A DNA stretch of 61,291 nucleotides. Source: Candidatus Gottesmanbacteria bacterium (GTDB taxonomy: Bacteria > Patescibacteriota > Microgenomatia > UBA10105). The notes below the pieces were generated by a model. It did not search any database. It had not been told where the DNA came from and was given only the letters and a program-made list of their open reading frames with translations. The translations under genes were made by a program, and so were the position numbers. The stretch spans positions 7,535 through 68,825 of the forward strand of contig JAHFKJ010000005.1 in the NCBI GenBank assembly GCA_023245415.1. Direction: 5' to 3'. Shown here piece by piece: positions 48,221-57,340 of this stretch. Position 1 is the stretch's first letter. The number at the start of each line of letters is the position of its first letter.

Positions 48221-49576
48221 TCAACTTCTCTTCTTAAGTATTGTTTTTATCTTTATATCTGACCCTATCACATCCTGAATTGTTTTTGCAAGTATATTTT
48301 GCATCACTGCCTCATTTAACCGTTCAGCATGAAACTTATACGCAGCTTCAATAAACAATACTCCATTATCAACGTAAAGCGGTTTACATGATCTGAGGAC
48401 GCCTGAGAGTGAATTGTTCTGAGGTTTTATTTTTTCAATAATTTCCTGCCACTTATCCTGGTAGGTTCTGGCAGTTGATTCGTCAACAACTATATCATTA
48501 CTAGCTTGTTGATGATCTTCTTGATTAATTTTAGATTTAGATTTTCTGGCTAAAGTAATTTTATCTTCTGCATATTCTATAATCGCCAACTCAAACGGTA
48601 AAGTTGAAATGACGGCGGTTTTCAGTTGGGAAAATGCTTGAGACAGAAGATTTATAATCTGGCGCAAATCTGCTTTTTCCCAGGTTGTTATATATCCCGA
48701 GTAGGCTCGGACTAATTCTTTTTCAAGACTTTGCAGTACAACCCAAAAAAACCGGTGGATATTTTTACCTTCTGCAACTAGCTGCAGAATAGTTTCTATA
48801 AGTTCTTTAGTTTTTTTGAGTCGGAGCGACTCTAGAAAAATATTTAAAGTGCCACTGTCGATACTACCGATTTTTTTTCTTACTTCACTTATTCCGATAT
48901 GGCTTACTTCTAAAGTCAGTTCCTGAAGTAATTTCGCACCGTCCCGAAACGACCCGTCTGAGGCTGCTGCGATTTCGATGAGGGCATTATCTTCGATATC
49001 TAATTTCTCTCCCAAAACGATGCGTTTCAGAGACTTAACTAAGTCATCTTCGGCAGCTCTATTAAAGGCCACTTGAATGCATCGCGACGCGACAGTTTCC
49101 GGTACTTTGTGAGATTCGGTGGTGGCTAAAATAAATATCGCATGTACGGGAGGTTCTTCAAGGGTTTTAAGTAGTGCATTAAATGCTTCAGTTGTAAGCA
49201 TATGCACTTCATCAATTATGTAGACTTTATATTTTAATTCTAGCGGAAATAATTTAATTTTCTCACGTAAGTCGCGGATCTCGTCAATCCCCCGATTGGA
49301 TGCTGCATCTATCTCTAACACATCAAGCTGTGTACCTTTACTGATACTTAAGCAAATCGGACAGATTCCGCAGGCTTCACCATTTTTTTTATTTTTACAA
49401 TTTACGATTTTAGCTACTATTCTCGCAGTCGACGTCTTGCCGGTACCTTTTGGACCAACAAATAAAAATGCGTGCGGAAACGGTTCTTTGGCTAAATACT
49501 TGGAGATCAGCCCCGCCACGTATGAATTATCCAGTTCAGATAGTGTTTTGGGGCGATATTTAAGATAAAATACCAT
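48221..49576 (-). CDS. dnaX: DNA polymerase III subunit gamma/tau
   Basis: KYRP, GPKGTGKTS, EIDAASNRG, IIDEVHML, SRC. Confidence 0.97.
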   Translation of the reverse strand: MVFYLKYRPKTLSELDNSYVAGLISKYLAKEPFPHAFLFVGPKGTGKTSTARIVAKIVNCKNKKNGEACGICPICLSISKGTQLDVLEIDAASNRGIDEIRDLREKIKLFPLELKYKVYIIDEVHMLTTEAFNALLKTLEEPPVHAIFILATTESHKVPETVASRCIQVAFNRAAEDDLVKSLKRIVLGEKLDIEDNALIEIAAASDGSFRDGAKLLQELTLEVSHIGISEVRKKIGSIDSGTLNIFLESLRLKKTKELIETILQLVAEGKNIHRFFWVVLQSLEKELVRAYSGYITTWEKADLRQIINLLSQAFSQLKTAVISTLPFELAIIEYAEDKITLARKSKSKINQEDHQQASNDIVVDESTARTYQDKWQEIIEKIKPQNNSLSGVLRSCKPLYVDNGVLFIEAAYKFHAERLNEAVMQNILAKTIQDVIGSDIKIKTILKKRS

Positions 49577-49676
49577 ATGCGAAGATGAATACCAAAAGGT
49601 ACAATTGTCTCCTCCAAAGGCGGATCAACAATTAGTTAAAAATGCGACAATTAAATTGGAATTTATTTTATTTATA

Positions 49677-50093
49677 TTAATCATGATGCTTACCCATAAG
49701 ATGATCAAGTCCGTGTGTAATCAATTCTTCTATCCTTTGATCTACCAGCTGATTGTCATATGCTGCTTCCAAAATTGTCTGGGGAAAAGATATGACCACA
49801 TCTCCTAAACGCAAAATCTGGTCTGGAGAAGATTTCTCCGGAGAAAAACCCACCATGATATCTTTGCGGGTTGAGGCGCTCGCATCGTCTATCGGGAAAG
49901 ATAAAACGTCAGTTGTTTCGTTCAAATTCCTAAACTTAAGATTAAGCATTTTCATTTTTCGATCCCCGATAATATTAATTCCTACTTCGACGTCGTTTTT
50001 GATTTTATCTGCAAGGTAAGTTTCCACGAAACTCCGTATCTTTACCCGATCAGCAGGAAACCTTGACTCAATATAAATTAATACAGAAATCAT
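49677..50093 (-). CDS. ybeY: rRNA maturation RNase YbeY
   Basis: TDVLSFP, LGDVVIS, HGLDHLMG.HH. Confidence 0.95.
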   Translation of the reverse strand: MISVLIYIESRFPADRVKIRSFVETYLADKIKNDVEVGINIIGDRKMKMLNLKFRNLNETTDVLSFPIDDASASTRKDIMVGFSPEKSSPDQILRLGDVVISFPQTILEAAYDNQLVDQRIEELITHGLDHLMGKHHD

Positions 50094-50101
50094 AAATAAT
50101 A

Positions 50102-50221
50102 CAGGACTTACGCAATTAATTTAAGTCTAGGCTGTCATTGCGAGCGAAGCGAAGCAATCCAGTTACATATAAGATTGCCACGTCGCTACGCTCCTCGCAA
50201 TGACAAAGTGCGTAACTCATG
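50102..50221. mobile_element. Nested palindromic / MITE-like element
   Basis: Outer imperfect IR CAGGACTTACGCA / TGCGTAACTCATG; inner IR TGTCATTGCGAG...GCAATC / GATTGC...CTCGCAATGACA. Confidence 0.7.
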
Positions 50222-50314
50222 AAAATAATAAAAGCGTATAGGTGTTAGCGTATAGCGTTTAGCAGTATACTTTCTTGTACTAAGCTCTAATTCCTAAACG
50301 CTCGTTACTGATAA

Positions 50315-50764
50315 TTATTTAAGTTCTTCTTGCACAATTTGTTTGACCTGTGCGCCATCAGCTTTTCCCTTAAGCTCTTTCATCACGACCCCCATCACTT
50401 GTCCAAAAGTAGTCATTCCTGAAGCGGTTACGTTATGAACGATTTCACGAATTTGAGCAGCTGTTAACTGCGGGGGCAAATAAGTAGAAAGAATAGCTAG
50501 TTCTGCTTCTTCCTTCAATTTCAAATCAGCTCTATTTCCTTTCGCATATGCGGCTATCGATTCTTTATGCGTTTTAACCTGCTTTTGGATTACTTTGATA
50601 ACTTCTTCATCGGTAAGTGAAGTTGTTGACCCAGGCGGATATGCATCAATTTCATAACTCTTTATTGCAGCCAGTAGAAAACGCAGCGTTCCAGTCTTAA
50701 TTTTATCTCCTGCTTTTAACGCTGTAATTACTTCTTTGCTGATATCCTTAAATAATTTGCTCAC
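50315..50764 (-). CDS. GatB/YqeY domain protein
   Basis: ALKAGD....TLR, ESI.AY.KGNR.DL...E..E, GKADG; GTG start uncertain. Confidence 0.92.
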   Translation of the reverse strand: MSKLFKDISKEVITALKAGDKIKTGTLRFLLAAIKSYEIDAYPPGSTTSLTDEEVIKVIQKQVKTHKESIAAYAKGNRADLKLKEEAELAILSTYLPPQLTAAQIREIVHNVTASGMTTFGQVMGVVMKELKGKADGAQVKQIVQEELK

Positions 50765-50882
50765 TGGTAAGTTCAAAGCGCACAGTCAAAAATAATCTAA
50801 TTAAATATTCGATGTCGCATTGCTTATAGTTATCCTTAGTCTTTTGTTGTCAATGATAAAAAAGTTGAAACAAAATTATGGA

Positions 50883-51071
50883 TCAATAAGATCTGCGCGT
50901 TATTTTGCGCCGTTTTAATAATTTGGCTTTTTCTTTACGGACTTCGGCTGGTTTTTGATAAAATTCGCGTTTTCTTAAATCCTGTAAAATACCTTCAGCC
51001 AAAACTTTTTTTGAGAACTTACGAATAAGGCTATCTGATGTGTCCCCTGGTTGAGCCTTAACTATTACCAT
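50883..51071 (-). CDS. rpsU: 30S ribosomal protein S21
   Basis: LIRKF.KKV..EGIL...R.REFYQKP. Confidence 0.9.
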   Translation of the reverse strand: MVIVKAQPGDTSDSLIRKFSKKVLAEGILQDLRKREFYQKPAEVRKEKAKLLKRRKITRRSY

Positions 51072-51477
51072 TTGTTTCAAGCACCTCCTTTAAAAGAGCT
51101 TGTTGTAGCATTTCAGCTAGTTCTTTATTTTGATTGATTTCGCTTGGGCGCATAAATTCCTGAATTCGCACTTTACTCAAATAGTGTGGAACAATCCATA
51201 CATGTGCATGTTCTATTTCATGTCCGAATGTCGCTATAGTCACATGATCAGCTCCCAATATTGGTATTATACCACGAATTAGACGTCCCGCAGCAGTAAA
51301 AAATTCCCCCATATTTGGCATCTCATAAATCCATCTATAGTGTATCTTGGGAATTAACTGTAGATGTCCACGACTTTTGGGATATTTATCTAAAAAAGCC
51401 AAACACAGCTTATCTTCAAAAACAACCCTCGCAGGCTCTTTTTTGGCAACGATCTGGCAGAAAACACATGTAATCAT
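51058..51477 (-). CDS. HIT family nucleotide hydrolase
   Basis: CVFCQI, GH, HAHVWIVP (variant HIT motif). Confidence 0.9.
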   Translation of the reverse strand: MITCVFCQIVAKKEPARVVFEDKLCLAFLDKYPKSRGHLQLIPKIHYRWIYEMPNMGEFFTAAGRLIRGIIPILGADHVTIATFGHEIEHAHVWIVPHYLSKVRIQEFMRPSEINQNKELAEMLQQALLKEVLETNGNS

Positions 51478-51567
51478 GAATCAACTAATCATCTAATACT
51501 CAAATCAACCAATGTGCTTGTGGTCATTCTAAATTAGATGATTAGATAATTGAGGTATTAGATGATT

Positions 51568-52053
51568 TTATAGTTTGTAACCCAATTTTCTCAACAACTC
51601 TTTTCGGCGCATAATATCTGAAGGAGTTTCAACGTGGGTGGGTGAACCACCATCAACCACACCCATTACCCCTGCACCTTGATCGGTACGAGCCACAATA
51701 ACTTCGACTTCATTGGCAGTCGCACAGAAAATCCGCACAACTTCGGGAACCATCTTAATCGCGTTTAAAATGTTAATGGGGAAAACATTCTCCAGAAAAA
51801 TATAAAAAGTGTGTCCGCAGGCGACTTTCTGAGCGTTTTGAATCGCTAAACTAACCATTTCATCACTCGTTCCCGAGGTTCTGATAAGCCGTGGCCCTGA
51901 TGCCTCACAAAAAGCTATACCGAATTTGATTCCCGGCACACCGCTAATTAATACTTCGTGTAAATCTTCGATAGTTTTTATAAAATGCGCTTGTCCGAAT
52001 ATAAAGTTAACTGAATTTGGATTTTCTATTTTAAACACTTCTGTTTTTAGCAT
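51568..52053 (-). CDS. Adenosine-specific kinase / DUF355 family protein
   Basis: GQAHFIKTIED, AFCEASG, FCATAN, GVVDG, LGYKL. Confidence 0.88.
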   Translation of the reverse strand: MLKTEVFKIENPNSVNFIFGQAHFIKTIEDLHEVLISGVPGIKFGIAFCEASGPRLIRTSGTSDEMVSLAIQNAQKVACGHTFYIFLENVFPINILNAIKMVPEVVRIFCATANEVEVIVARTDQGAGVMGVVDGGSPTHVETPSDIMRRKELLRKLGYKL

Positions 52054-52120
52054 AAACCTCCGTTTGATTAAAAATTGTATGAATAATATTTATTATAACT
52101 TAATTCTTGATTATAAAATT

Positions 52121-52975
52121 TTAACTCTTGAGTACGTCAATAATATTTTGTAACGTTAGAATCGTCGGTTTCATGTCGGGATTTTTAGTGGTACCGTTTA
52201 GTAAAATTTTTTTGCTCGAATGTAAGTACCAGGTTGCCTGGGCATCTTTAAGTTTAAGGATTTCATAAGCTTTTGTAAAATCGACCCGAGTACCGGGCAA
52301 ACCTTTGATGCGGACGTAACCTTTTTTGGGATCTTTACGCAAAACGACTACGAAACCGCTCTTTTGCGCATACTTTAATACGCCGTCATTTACCGTTTCA
52401 AATCCCAATCCTTTTCCCCATTGTGTCTCAAACTTAATCCCTTCATCCATTATTTCTTCTGCCCAAATTTTTTCCTGCATCGATTTATAAATAGCATCAA
52501 GCATCATAAATCCAAAATCCATAACTTGGCTATCATCATCAGGATATACAGTTTTTATACCATCTAATATACTTATAGCCTCAAACACATGGTAATCAGC
52601 TATGGCGTCAGTTTGCCCCGCTTCCCCAAAATGATCATAAAAATTGACTACCTCGCACATCCGATCCAACGCTTCATCATTCCAATTTTCACTATTCTTA
52701 TTACCCTTGCCACCATTTCCGACTTCTTGTGTAAGATACGCATACGTTTTGGTGGCAGCGCAAATATGCTCACTGGTCTGATGATGATCCAACAATCCAA
52801 ATCCCGTATCCACATGCATCACTTGCGGGTCACTATCTACGATCTCGTTTTTAAGAGTTTTGCCAGCAGGAACAAACGCGATCTTTGCGTTTTTCCAGTT
52901 CGGTAGAAAGCGCCTTATGAGCCACGTAGCTGTGATCGCATCAAGATCAGGTGCGTGGTGTGTGACGATATACAT
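52121..52975 (-). CDS. DHH/MYG1-like phosphoesterase
   Basis: THHAPDLDA, VDTG...DHHQ. Confidence 0.7.
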   Translation of the reverse strand: MYIVTHHAPDLDAITATWLIRRFLPNWKNAKIAFVPAGKTLKNEIVDSDPQVMHVDTGFGLLDHHQTSEHICAATKTYAYLTQEVGNGGKGNKNSENWNDEALDRMCEVVNFYDHFGEAGQTDAIADYHVFEAISILDGIKTVYPDDDSQVMDFGFMMLDAIYKSMQEKIWAEEIMDEGIKFETQWGKGLGFETVNDGVLKYAQKSGFVVVLRKDPKKGYVRIKGLPGTRVDFTKAYEILKLKDAQATWYLHSSKKILLNGTTKNPDMKPTILTLQNIIDVLKS

Positions 52976-53021
52976 GTGAAGAAGTATATCTAGTGATAGC
53001 TTATTTCGCAACGTCATCGAA

Positions 53022-53057
53022 AAGGGTTCAACCCTTAAATCCAAAAAGTTGAACCCT
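53022..53057. repeat. REP-like family A pair
   Basis: AAGGGTTCAACCCTT...GTTGAACCCT. Confidence 0.8.
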
Positions 53058-53062
53058 GATGA

Positions 53063-54043
53063 TTAGAATAAATGTTTATCCGTTAATCTAGCTCCAACCG
53101 CAGGCTGATTAACAATAATCTGCTTCACGAAATCCAGTTTTTGTAATTTTAGTTTCAAAATTGCAGCATTTTTTCCTTCGCAAAGCAGGTGAATATTTTG
53201 ACCGGTGTTAATCGTAAAATAAACAGGCAGTCCTTCACTTCGCCAAATCTTAGTCAGTTTCATGAGTGCTAATGTACCCGATGTCCAGTAAATTAATGAA
53301 GGTTGTGAAGTCAACATAATTGCATGTAACTCCAAAGCTTCGGATTCAACAAGTTCTCCAAATTGGAGAAAATTACGATTTTTTATCAGCTGCTTCATTT
53401 GTGCAATTTTTTCATCTATATACCGTAGACGGGTGGCAAAAAACGGGCTAGTAGCATGAAGTTTTTGACCTTGTGAAGAAGGTACCTCTTTAACATCCTC
53501 GCTCACTACAACTGCCAGATCCACAATGTCCCAATAACCAGGCGGAAAAATTGAAATTGCATAGGAAGTTTCGTTCGTGTCCCCATCTAACCATTCCACA
53601 AAGCCGCTGGGAATTGACCGACATGCAGATCCTGATCCTATCCGGGCAAGGATTGATAATTCTTTTTCTGAAAAGTGAAGTCCAGCTGCTTTTACACCGG
53701 CTACAGTAAGAGCAGCGAACCCTGATGCTGATGAAGAAAGTCCCGTCGCCATGGGGAAATTAAAAGTTGATACAACCCGAGCTTTTTGATTCGATCCGGC
53801 TAGTTTGCGAATTCGATCTATATGTTTAATAACTCTACTTAATTGCTGGCTAGATAGTAATTTTTCATTAACGATCACTCGGTCACTTGAAAATGTATCT
53901 GCAAATTCAACGGTAGTGGTAGTTGTGAGATTTGATAAATTTATTGAAATGCTGCCATTTTCAGGGATACGCCAAATCTCATCTTTCTTACCCCAGTACT
54001 TAATTAGGGCAATATTTGCTGGACCAACTGCTGTAGCTTTCAT
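53063..54043 (-). CDS. mvaD: Diphosphomevalonate decarboxylase
   Basis: NIALIKYWGK, GLSSSASG, GSGSACRS. Confidence 0.96.
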   Translation of the reverse strand: MKATAVGPANIALIKYWGKKDEIWRIPENGSISINLSNLTTTTTVEFADTFSSDRVIVNEKLLSSQQLSRVIKHIDRIRKLAGSNQKARVVSTFNFPMATGLSSSASGFAALTVAGVKAAGLHFSEKELSILARIGSGSACRSIPSGFVEWLDGDTNETSYAISIFPPGYWDIVDLAVVVSEDVKEVPSSQGQKLHATSPFFATRLRYIDEKIAQMKQLIKNRNFLQFGELVESEALELHAIMLTSQPSLIYWTSGTLALMKLTKIWRSEGLPVYFTINTGQNIHLLCEGKNAAILKLKLQKLDFVKQIIVNQPAVGARLTDKHLF

Positions 54044-54089
54044 AAGAAAAAATAAATTTGTAATTTTAAGTTAGTAGTTAGTATTTTAT

Positions 54090-55058
54090 TTAATTCTCTA
54101 ATCTTACACCGATTACATTCGTCTCTACCTCAATCACCTGTCCACCCGCCTGAGTTATTGCAAGCTTAACTGATTCTTTATTGTCGTCGGCAGCTACAGC
54201 GATCATGCAGTCACCGCCTCCGGCTCCGGATAATTTGGCTCCCCAGGCACCTGCTTTTAGTGCAGTTGAAATAAGCAGTTCCAATTTATCTGTGCTAACT
54301 TGTAACTGTCTAAGGAATAATTGATTAGAATTCATAAGTATTCCAAATTGTTTCCAATTTTTTTGTATAATAGCGATTTTTGCTTTTTCGACCAATTTAT
54401 TGATTTCGGAAAATATACGGTTTGTTTTTTGTGGATTTCGTCGTTTTAGATTAGCAACTTGAGCGACTTGTGTTGGTGTGTCCGCTTTAATACCCGAATA
54501 GCCTACGATTAATGGAATATCGTTAACTTGGATTGGTTCGATCACTTTTCCGTTACCAATAAAATATAAACAACCTCCCCAAATTGCGGCGGCGATATCA
54601 AAACCTGAGCGCAATCCTTCAATTTCTTGCACAACCTGATAAGACATGTCAAATAATTGTCTCAGAGTAAGAGGCTGATTAAATAATATTGAAAGACCGT
54701 AAAGCGTGCAGACTATCACGGCCGATGATGAACCAAAACCATACAGAGGTGAGAAATCTGATTTAATATTGATTTGTAAACCGCTTTTGAATTTATATAT
54801 TTCGAAATAATGTTTTACTGTGCCTTCGACAAAACGGGCACCCCTGGGAATATCTCCTTGACCTACATTTTTCAAATCTTTCTGATAATTGACTAACCCA
54901 ACCGCTTTGCTGACAATTCGCAATATTGACTCATCAATTTTTGAAACAGTCATGAATAATCGTTGTCCTACTGTAGCAACTAAACATGGATTTCCGTACA
55001 CCACCGCATGCTCACCTAGTAACATAAGTTTTCCCGGTGCTGATACAGTGATTGGCAT
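54090..55058 (-). CDS. mvk: Mevalonate kinase
   Basis: SAPGKLMLLGEHAVVYG, GFGSSSA, KLSGAGGGDC. Confidence 0.93.
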   Translation of the reverse strand: MPITVSAPGKLMLLGEHAVVYGNPCLVATVGQRLFMTVSKIDESILRIVSKAVGLVNYQKDLKNVGQGDIPRGARFVEGTVKHYFEIYKFKSGLQINIKSDFSPLYGFGSSSAVIVCTLYGLSILFNQPLTLRQLFDMSYQVVQEIEGLRSGFDIAAAIWGGCLYFIGNGKVIEPIQVNDIPLIVGYSGIKADTPTQVAQVANLKRRNPQKTNRIFSEINKLVEKAKIAIIQKNWKQFGILMNSNQLFLRQLQVSTDKLELLISTALKAGAWGAKLSGAGGGDCMIAVAADDNKESVKLAITQAGGQVIEVETNVIGVRLEN

Positions 55059-55128
55059 ATATTTTAGTGTTATCCCATTTGGGTGATGGTCCAATTTGGA
55101 CACCTGGAGAATAACTTTAATAACTATA

Positions 55129-55677
55129 TTACGTCTTCGTTTTCGAAAGTGCAGTTATTAAATCCTTAACACGTTTTTTAATCCATGGATCTGCTGGTTT
55201 AAAATTAAGTATTATTAGTTTTAAATCAGCATTAATTATTCTGGGTAAAACTTTTGCAAGTTCTGTAAATTCACGACCCGCAGTTTTTATTTGTTAAATT
55301 AAAATTGACCGCAAAAATTCCTTATATTCATCATCTAACGATATTCTTTTGAGTATTCGATATATCTTTTCTTTCATATACCCACTACGGAAATATTGTA
55401 TCGGAATACTAACATATGCCAATGCTGTTTCAATTCGATTAGTATTCCCTTGTTTTAATTCCTCATAAATAGGGATAATCCTGTTATGAACATCAATATG
55501 GGCCTTCTGCCAAATCTTTAAAGCGGTTAAATAGACATCCTGTTTATAAATTCCTGTTCCAAACTTTGGATGATTTTCTGACCAAACCTGATGAAATAAA
55601 TCATGCGTCTCCTTCGCTTTCCTAAATAACGGTGTAAATAACTCAACCTGTTCGATTATTTTCTTAATTCGACTCAT
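55129..55677 (-). pseudogene. Hypothetical gene interrupted by an in-frame TAA (55294-55296)
   Basis: Frame continues 54 sense codons past the stop (QIKTAGREF...SKTKT*). Confidence 0.6.
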
Positions 55678-55720
55678 ATTTTGATGAAGTTATTTTTGAA
55701 CGGCAATCGCGTCTTCTACT

Positions 55721-55990
55721 TCAGTTTTGGGTAAACTTTTCTACCTGCAGTTTGGACAACATGTCTTTAATCGCCAGGTTTTGAGCTTTGGTTGGCACTT
55801 TGTGATCTGCGATTGCCCAAGTGCGGTCAGTACGAAAAACAGGAATACCGCGATTTCTAAATCTTGTAAATGCCTGCGGACTGGTCACTTCATGAATTAA
55901 ATGCGCATCAATACAATAGACAGCGGGAAACTGAGGTTCTTGTGTAACAACGTGCGCATCCCATATTTTGTCAAACAATGTTTTTGGCAT
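55721..55990 (-). pseudogene. leuC: Truncated 3-isopropylmalate dehydratase large subunit
   Basis: KTLFDKIWDAHVV, HLIHEVTSPQAF, DH.VPT; only 89 aa of a normally about 465-aa protein. Confidence 0.88.
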
Positions 55991-56010
55991 ATAATTATGT
56001 CGTTAAATCT

Positions 56011-56478
56011 TTAGGTGTATACCCCCCTTGAAATTAGTTCTTGATAAACTGGCATAGCTATAGCACCTCGCATCATTATGAGTGTGTACTGTTGGTTATT
56101 ATCTTCCACCAACGGAAGCTTCTTTTGCAGAATCAATACCGCGTCAGGGCTTACACCTTGATCCAGCAATATTTCATCAATCAATTCAAACAATTCTTCG
56201 GGTGTCTGATTCAGATAGTCTTGACTATATTCCCTTTTATTGAGACGATTCACATCTACTATATCTCTAAACGGCGTATCTAATCTACCTGTCTGAAAAT
56301 ACAAAAAACGGTAAAATCCTCCCGGTAGATACCCGGGAAAATTGTTTATTGCTTTTAATGCTTTAAATTCATTAGATGCATATCTATCATGGTATCTTGC
56401 TTCCATGAATTTACAAAAAAATTACCATACTTTTTCATCTTTATTGATAGTAAATTTTATCAACTGATGAGATTCCAT
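56011..56478 (-). pseudogene. Hypothetical gene with possible in-frame TAA (56422-56424)
   Basis: MESHQLIKFTINKDEKVW*FFCKFMEARYH is continuous in one frame. Confidence 0.45.
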
Positions 56479-56515
56479 AATTACTTAGTTTCTAGGCCAA
56501 CTACAATCTACAATT

Positions 56516-56893
56516 CTACTTGCTAACAGCAATCGCTTCTATTTCTATCAATGCCCCTTTTGGTAAATTGCTTACTTCGACTGTTGCCCGGGCTGGCTTA
56601 TGGGGCGCAAATGCTTTTTCATAAATCGCATTCATGATCGGAAATTCGGCGACATTAGTCAGATAAACTGTAGTTTTAATCACATGTTGCATATCAGACC
56701 CGGCTGCTTTAACTACTGATTTAATATTAGCAAGCGTTTGCTGAACCTGGTTTTCTAGACCTTCAACCAGTGTACCAGTTTTAGGATCAATCCCAGTTTG
56801 GCCGGAACAGAATATTAATTTCCCCGCCCTGACAGCATGTGAATACGGTCCAAGCGCAAGCGGTGCATTAGGTGTAGAAACGAGTTTGAACAT
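56516..56893 (-). CDS. ridA: RidA family enamine/imine deaminase
   Basis: GPYSHA, SGQ, PARATVEV..LP.GALIEIEAIA. Confidence 0.93.
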   Translation of the reverse strand: MFKLVSTPNAPLALGPYSHAVRAGKLIFCSGQTGIDPKTGTLVEGLENQVQQTLANIKSVVKAAGSDMQHVIKTTVYLTNVAEFPIMNAIYEKAFAPHKPARATVEVSNLPKGALIEIEAIAVSK

Positions 56894-56944
56894 TCATACA
56901 GGTTGTAGCTAATAGCCTGTAGCTTGTAGCAAACCGGCTAATCA

Positions 56945-57295
56945 CTAAATTATACTTGATATTAATCCATTTAACATTTTCATTGTTTCCAACAAAAGCA
57001 AATCTGATTTAAAATAGTTCAAGTCTTTTCCAAAGGGTAATCTCTTTATAATCTCAATTTGAGTTTCAAGTTCTGCACCTGAACCATATGCTATTGTTAA
57101 AAAATGACAATAATCTGCATCAGTCCTCCGTCTTCTCCCCTCTGCAATATTAGAAGGTATTGAGACAACCGCTCTTCTCATTTGTACAACTAAACCAAAC
57201 ATTTCAGATTTAGGTAAGTATTCTGTTAAAGAATATATTTCTACCGTTAATTCTATAGCTTTTTGCCAAACTTTTAATTCTTTATATGATTGTAT
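56945..57295 (-). CDS. Four-helix-bundle (23S-IVP/bAvd-like) protein with no canonical start
   Basis: SYKELKVWQKA...QMRRAVVSIPSNIAEG...IAYGS..ELETQ; in-frame TAA just upstream of the ATA. Confidence 0.85.
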   Translation of the reverse strand: MQSYKELKVWQKAIELTVEIYSLTEYLPKSEMFGLVVQMRRAVVSIPSNIAEGRRRRTDADYCHFLTIAYGSGAELETQIEIIKRLPFGKDLNYFKSDLLLLETMKMLNGLISSII

Positions 57296-57340
57296 ATTTT
57301 ATAACCTGCCGGCTACAAGCTACCAGCTACGGGCTAATCT

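Noticed and set aside
55129..56478. TAA readthrough or alternative genetic code
   Set aside because: TAA, TAG and TGA terminate conserved genes at expected positions elsewhere; local decay is the simpler explanation
56945..57295. Diversity-generating retroelement (Avd-like gene)
   Set aside because: No reverse transcriptase or TR/VR pair in the window
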